Shown here: piece after piece, positions 59,185-64,000 of the stretch
How positions within the stretch are numbered: position 1 is the first letter of the stretch
Layout: the number at the start of each line of letters is the position of its first letter
From: Octopus vulgaris
Taxonomy: Eukaryota
Length of the DNA stretch: 64,000 nt
Assembly: GCA_951406725.2 (NCBI GenBank)
Contig: OX597826.1
Coordinates: 65,782,001-65,846,000 of the forward strand
Direction: 5' to 3'
The notes under the pieces: generated by a model
The model's database searches: none
Told to the model about the DNA's origin: nothing
Seen by the model: the letters and a program-made list of their open reading frames with translations, nothing else
Made by a program: the position numbers and the translations under genes

Positions 59185-59490
59185 TGCAAAGTCGACCGCG
59201 TCTGAATTTGAATTCTCTACAGGAAGACGGACGAAATGTCGCGAAGCATTTTGACCGGCGTGTAACGATTCTGCCAGTCTGGCTGCCTTAAATAAGATTC
59301 TGCACACCAGACAAAATACTTAGTGGCATTTCGTCCATCTTTACGTTCTGAATTCAAATTCTGTCGAGGTCGACTTGGCCTTTCATCCTTTCGGTATCGA
59401 TAAAATAAGTACGAGATGGACACTGAGGTTGATATAATTGACTCATTCTACCCTATAATTGCTGGCTTTGTGCCAAAATTTAAAGCCAAT
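59185..59490. mobile_element. Two family B SINEs in divergent orientation
   Basis: Minus copy ~59185-59290, plus copy ~59300-59490. Confidence 0.8.
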
Positions 59491-61005
59491 ATTAGTACAT
59501 GATTTCTACTATAAATTCAAAAATTTTGACATGGGCACATAGCTTCCGTAAATTCGTAGAAGAACATATAATCGAAGTATCACCTTTAGTATATAGTTCA
59601 TATTTTTATCGTCTCCAGAAAGGTAAAAGTTTACCTGAGCAGGATTTGAACTCAGATCGTTAAAAAAGGTAACAAAATAGATTACGTATTTTCTGCCACT
59701 TACCAATTCCGATATCTAGCATTCTTATAGTAGTTGTCAGTTTTGGATTGGCTGATTGGCTGAAATTTTAATAAAGAAATCAATTTTTATGTTTTAATTT
59801 CTCCTAAAAAGTTGTTACAATTTTCAAAATTAGAACTAAATACCACACGTGTAGAAATTCTCGAAATATTTGGATCTAGTAGGTGAACCCAAAAATATTC
59901 TTATTTTAAATATGGGCATAAGTCTATTACACATGATGTAGTCTGAGAATAAAAGATTATTAAGACATCAGTATTTAATTGGTACCACTTGCACTGCGCA
60001 GGTATAGCTCTCGGGGTCATTGAAACACACAAGTTACCATACTGCGACAAGTACCGGAACTGAAGAGTGATGCCTCTTAATCAACGTCCAAAATGTTGTA
60101 AACACGATTTAAAATTTTGTAGACATAATTACTTAACAGCTTTGTACTACAAGCTTTTATTATATAATATACCATAAACTAATATATCAAACTGAAACGT
60201 TATACAAATAACCAGTTATACTATAAACTGCATCATCACAAAAACAGCAATAACCACGTTACCATGACTAAGGCTAAGAAACCATCAAACCTGAAATGCA
60301 ACCACGCCACCACTACCGCCACCACCATCACCAGAACAACCGCTACGCTACCAATACCACTGGCACAGCTTCACCGCCATCACTACACTGACACTACAAC
60401 TGCAGCTACCGATTCTGTCGACAAACAATTAATGATCTGTACATGCTCAACACTATAAACATTGTAAACTCTGTTACAACACACAAACGCACATTCACAC
60501 ACTATATGTGTGTGTGTGCGTGCGTGTGTATGTATGTATATAATATATATATATGTGGACACGCACGTACACACACACACACACACATACACACACACAC
60601 ACACATATATATATATACATATATACAAACACACTTTCTCTCACGCTCATACACACCCATACACGCACGCACACACACACACACACACACTAATACACAC
60701 ACACACGCAAGTTCAAAGCAATACACATACATATAATTCGGTTAGTGAATCCAGAGCATTGGCAACTAATAATGGTTTCCCTGCGTGGGAGTGATGCTGT
60801 TCATCAGATCAGCTGGAATAAACTTCGAAAACATTCATATCTTAATCTGAATGAAGAAGCAATTTATATAAAACATCCACCGGTGATCGTTAAAGAACTA
60901 ATTACTAATAATTACTAACTATATCTCCAACATGTCTTCAGATATGCACATGCTCTATGAGGTTGCATAATACAATAATTGTGCATTGAGAGGATCTGGT
61001 TTTAG

Positions 61006-61226
61006 CGATAATCCCTCGACTATTGCGGGTGTTACGTTCAAAAACCCCCTGCAGTAAGTGAAAATCCGCGAAGTAGAAACAGTATTGTACTGCATTTTTA
61101 AAAATTATTTTTATAATTTCTATATATTTATTTTATTATAAATGCAAAACAACATCACGGAGGAATCGACGTAAGCTTAAATAATAAACCGCAATAGGTG
61201 ACCCGTGATATGGCGAGGGATTACTG
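61006..61226. mobile_element. Tigger/pogo-type MITE, inverted relative to 49972-50177
   Basis: taatccctcgac...cgagggattactg-TA. Confidence 0.85.
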
Positions 61227-61400
61227 TATAGAACACTTCCTGGTTTGGCTCCTCGAGTGCTGGAATAAAAAAAAAATTGTGGTACAATCCGCCATATAGT
61301 ACAAACACGGTTAAAAGTATAGCTAGATATACACTTCCCTAAATTCATAGATATGACAAAAAAGCTTTAATAAGGGTTCTGTGTAAGTTACAGCTAAATA

Positions 61401-62046
61401 ACATTCTGTGTCCGATTAGTATTTGCGAGGGGAGGTCATCGCTCATATCTCTAGCCTTACGTGATACACACGGACTCGAATTTCAGGGTGGTTACCCGTC
61501 CTCAGCGTGTGTTAATCACCAGGTAGTGACAGAAGCTCATTCTACTCACAAATTATTATATATATTTTCTAGTGACTCACTGTCGCCGATCTCGTAGAAG
61601 AGAGAGAATGTTATATTAAATCTCTGAGCGAGATATAAACAGAAGCAGTACGGAACCGTAATATATATTTGCCAACTAAGTGTAGCGTCATATACAGGAC
61701 AGTGCTACTGATGTTTATAGCCCCAGGAAGACATCTCCTCCAGCTGGCTAACGATACACATTCTGTGTCCGATTAGTAACCACCCAGAAACTCGAGTCCG
61801 TGTGCATCACGTAAGACTAGAGATGGGAGCGATGACCTGCCCCCGCAAATACTAATCGGATACAGAATGTCTGTCGTTAGCCAGCTGGAGAAGATGTCTT
61901 CCTGGGGCTATAAACATCAGTAGCATTGTCCTGTATAGTTCCGTACTGCTACTGTTTATATCTCACTCAGAGATTTAATATAACATTTTCTCTCTTCTAG
62001 GAGATCAGCGACAGTGAGTCGCTAGAAAAATATATAGCAATTTGAG
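61401..62046 (-). mobile_element. Penelope-like pLTR / retrozyme-like unit: 357-bp monomer with terminal redundancy plus inverted copy
   Basis: acattctgtgtccgattagt occurs at 61401 and 61758. 61776-62046 is an inverted copy of the unit. Contains a hammerhead. Confidence 0.82.
61461..61519 (-). ncRNA. Type I minimal hammerhead ribozyme
   Basis: Minus strand: gtgat(ta)acacacg-CTGAGGA-cggg taacca ccct-GAAATTCGAGTC-cgtgtgtatcac. The sister half-copy at 61776-61810 reads ccca-GAAACTCGAGTC. Confidence 0.82.
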
Positions 62047-62157
62047 ATAGACAAAAGGACGAGATAGTCACGGTTGGAACGACTTTGATCATAGATCTGC
62101 TTGATCAGGGCAATATTAGAACTAAGAAACAACAATGTGAACAATATCAACATCAAC

Positions 62158-62301
62158 TGGGCATAAGTATGCGGTTAAGAAGCTCACTTCGCAACCATGT
62201 GACTCCGGTTTCAGTCCCACTGTGTGACTTCTTCGGGCTTCGGGTCAAACAATGCCTTCTGAGTGAATTTGGTTGACGAGAAGTGAGGTGGAAGCCCGTG
62301 C

Positions 62302-62347
<46 letters not shown>

Positions 62348-62550
62348 TTGTGATTGGTTCCCCTCACTCCGCTTGACAACCGGTGTTGGTATATTTATGT
62401 CCCGGTAACTTAGTGGTTCGGCAAAAGGTCCGATAGAATAAGTACCGGAATTTAAAAGAAAAAAATAAGCATAGAGTGGGGGCAACTTGTTAAACTAAAC
62501 ACTTGACGGCGGTGCCCCAGCTTGGCCACAGTCCAGTGACTGGAAAAAAA
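62158..62550 (+). mobile_element. SINE family A copy (diverged)
   Basis: ccggtttcagtcccactg...ggccacagtccagtgactgg. Confidence 0.8.
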
Positions 62551-63035
62551 ATATATAAAAGAAGTGTAAGTACAACACCAACAGCAAGCGCCCGACAATG
62601 AATTTGTTGTTTGCGAAACAAACCTCTAACCATACCACGATGCCAGCGTGTAGTTTGAGACCGTTTCCGCTCCGTGGCATAAGTAGGATACGAGTGAAGT
62701 ACTTATACTTCAATAGTCTCATTGTTACTGCTCTATTTTGACTTTTTTTTCAGGTGGCAAACTGGAAAAATAGTTAGCACTACGGGCAAAGTAGTTAGCA
62801 CTACGGGCAAAATAGTTAGCACTACGGGCAAACTGGAAAAATAGTTAGCATTGGGGGCAAAATGCCCGTAGTTGAGTACTGGAGTCAATGTAAGAAAGGC
62901 AGCAAGCTAGCAGAATTATTCGCATGCTGGACAAAATGTTTAGCACCATTTCTTCCGGCTCTTAACGCGCAGAGTTCAAATTCCAACGAGACCTCCGTTG
63001 TCTTTCATCCTTTCGAAGTCGATAAAATAAGTACC

Positions 63036-63269
63036 TATTTCTTTATTACCCACAAGGGGCTAAACATAGAGTGGACAAACAAGGACAGACAAAGGGATTA
63101 AGTCGATTACATCGACCCCAGTGCACAGCTGGTACTTAATTTATCGACCCCGAAAGGATGAAAGGCAAAGTCGACCTCGGCGGAATTTGAACTCAGAACA
63201 TAACAGTAGACGAAATACAGCTAAGCATTTCGCCCGGCGTGCTAACGATTCTGCCAGCTCGCCACCTTC
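63036..63269 (-). mobile_element. Full-length young family B SINE inserted into an older + strand family B copy (~62895-63360)
   Basis: 14-bp TSD ataaaataagtacc at 63022-63035 and 63270-63283. Confidence 0.92.
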
Positions 63270-63883
63270 ATAAAATAAGTACCAGTTGAGCAATGAGGTC
63301 GACATAACCGACTAGCCACTTCGCCAAAATTGCCGGCATTGTGTCTATAATAGAAATAATTATCATTGCACAGTCAAGCACAGTTTTGAACGCTCTGTGT
63401 ATTTTTTGAAGACTATATAATTGTCTTAGTTTTTCGTAAGACTCATTATTATGTACACATGAGCAATGTGGAACGTCATTGTAATGAATTTGTAGGCCAT
63501 ATGGGTCAGAGAATCATTACAATTATCATGTCAAGAGGGTTACAGAAAATCACTGAAATATGGCGGTGACTTTACAATTTAGTTTGCGTTACACAATAGT
63601 AAATTCTGACAGATATATAATTGAAGCTTTTTTTATTACTAGTCAGGTTATATGAATGCACTCTTGTGTCTCAAAATGGTTTACTCACGAACAAATGTAC
63701 ATATGTATGTACGCATACATACATATGTATGTACGAACGTATTTATGTAAGTATTCATGTATGTACGAACATATTTATGTATGTATATGCATACTCCAAA
63801 CACACATTCTCATGTACACCCACATAGACGTTCTCTCCCCCTCTCTATTTATCTGTTTATCTGTCTATTTCACAACACACACT

Positions 63884-63938
<55 letters not shown>

Positions 63939-64000
63939 ACACATACACACAAATATAAAACTTTCTCCAGAGCGTGCTTTCGTTTATATAAGCAAATGTA

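Overview
This is AT-rich animal genomic DNA full of microsatellites. It is most likely from an octopus or other coleoid cephalopod, judged only from recalled resemblance to octopus SINE families. I recognised no host protein-coding exon, rRNA or true tRNA gene, and almost every ORF in the supplied track is a microsatellite translation artefact. The window is a mosaic of three tRNA-derived SINE families, decayed R4/Dong, Tx1/L1, CR1, mariner, Helitron and possibly BEL fragments, hAT and Tigger-type MITEs, and foldback repeats. Four things stand out. (1) About ten minimal type I hammerhead ribozyme motifs, mostly unrelated in sequence and with palindromic stem III. One is essentially intact (16498-16559), and two sit in 350-550 bp non-coding tandem-plus-inverted units typical of Penelope-like pLTRs or retrozymes. 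(2) Two decayed HDV-like ribozyme motifs. (3) An ORF1-only, HAL1-like L1/Tx1 retroelement with a TSD, nested in a SINE inside a hAT element. (4) A ~555 bp non-coding retroposon always embedded in (AAT)n, in the same context as the R4/Dong fragments. All structures were read by eye, and element boundaries without TSDs are approximate.
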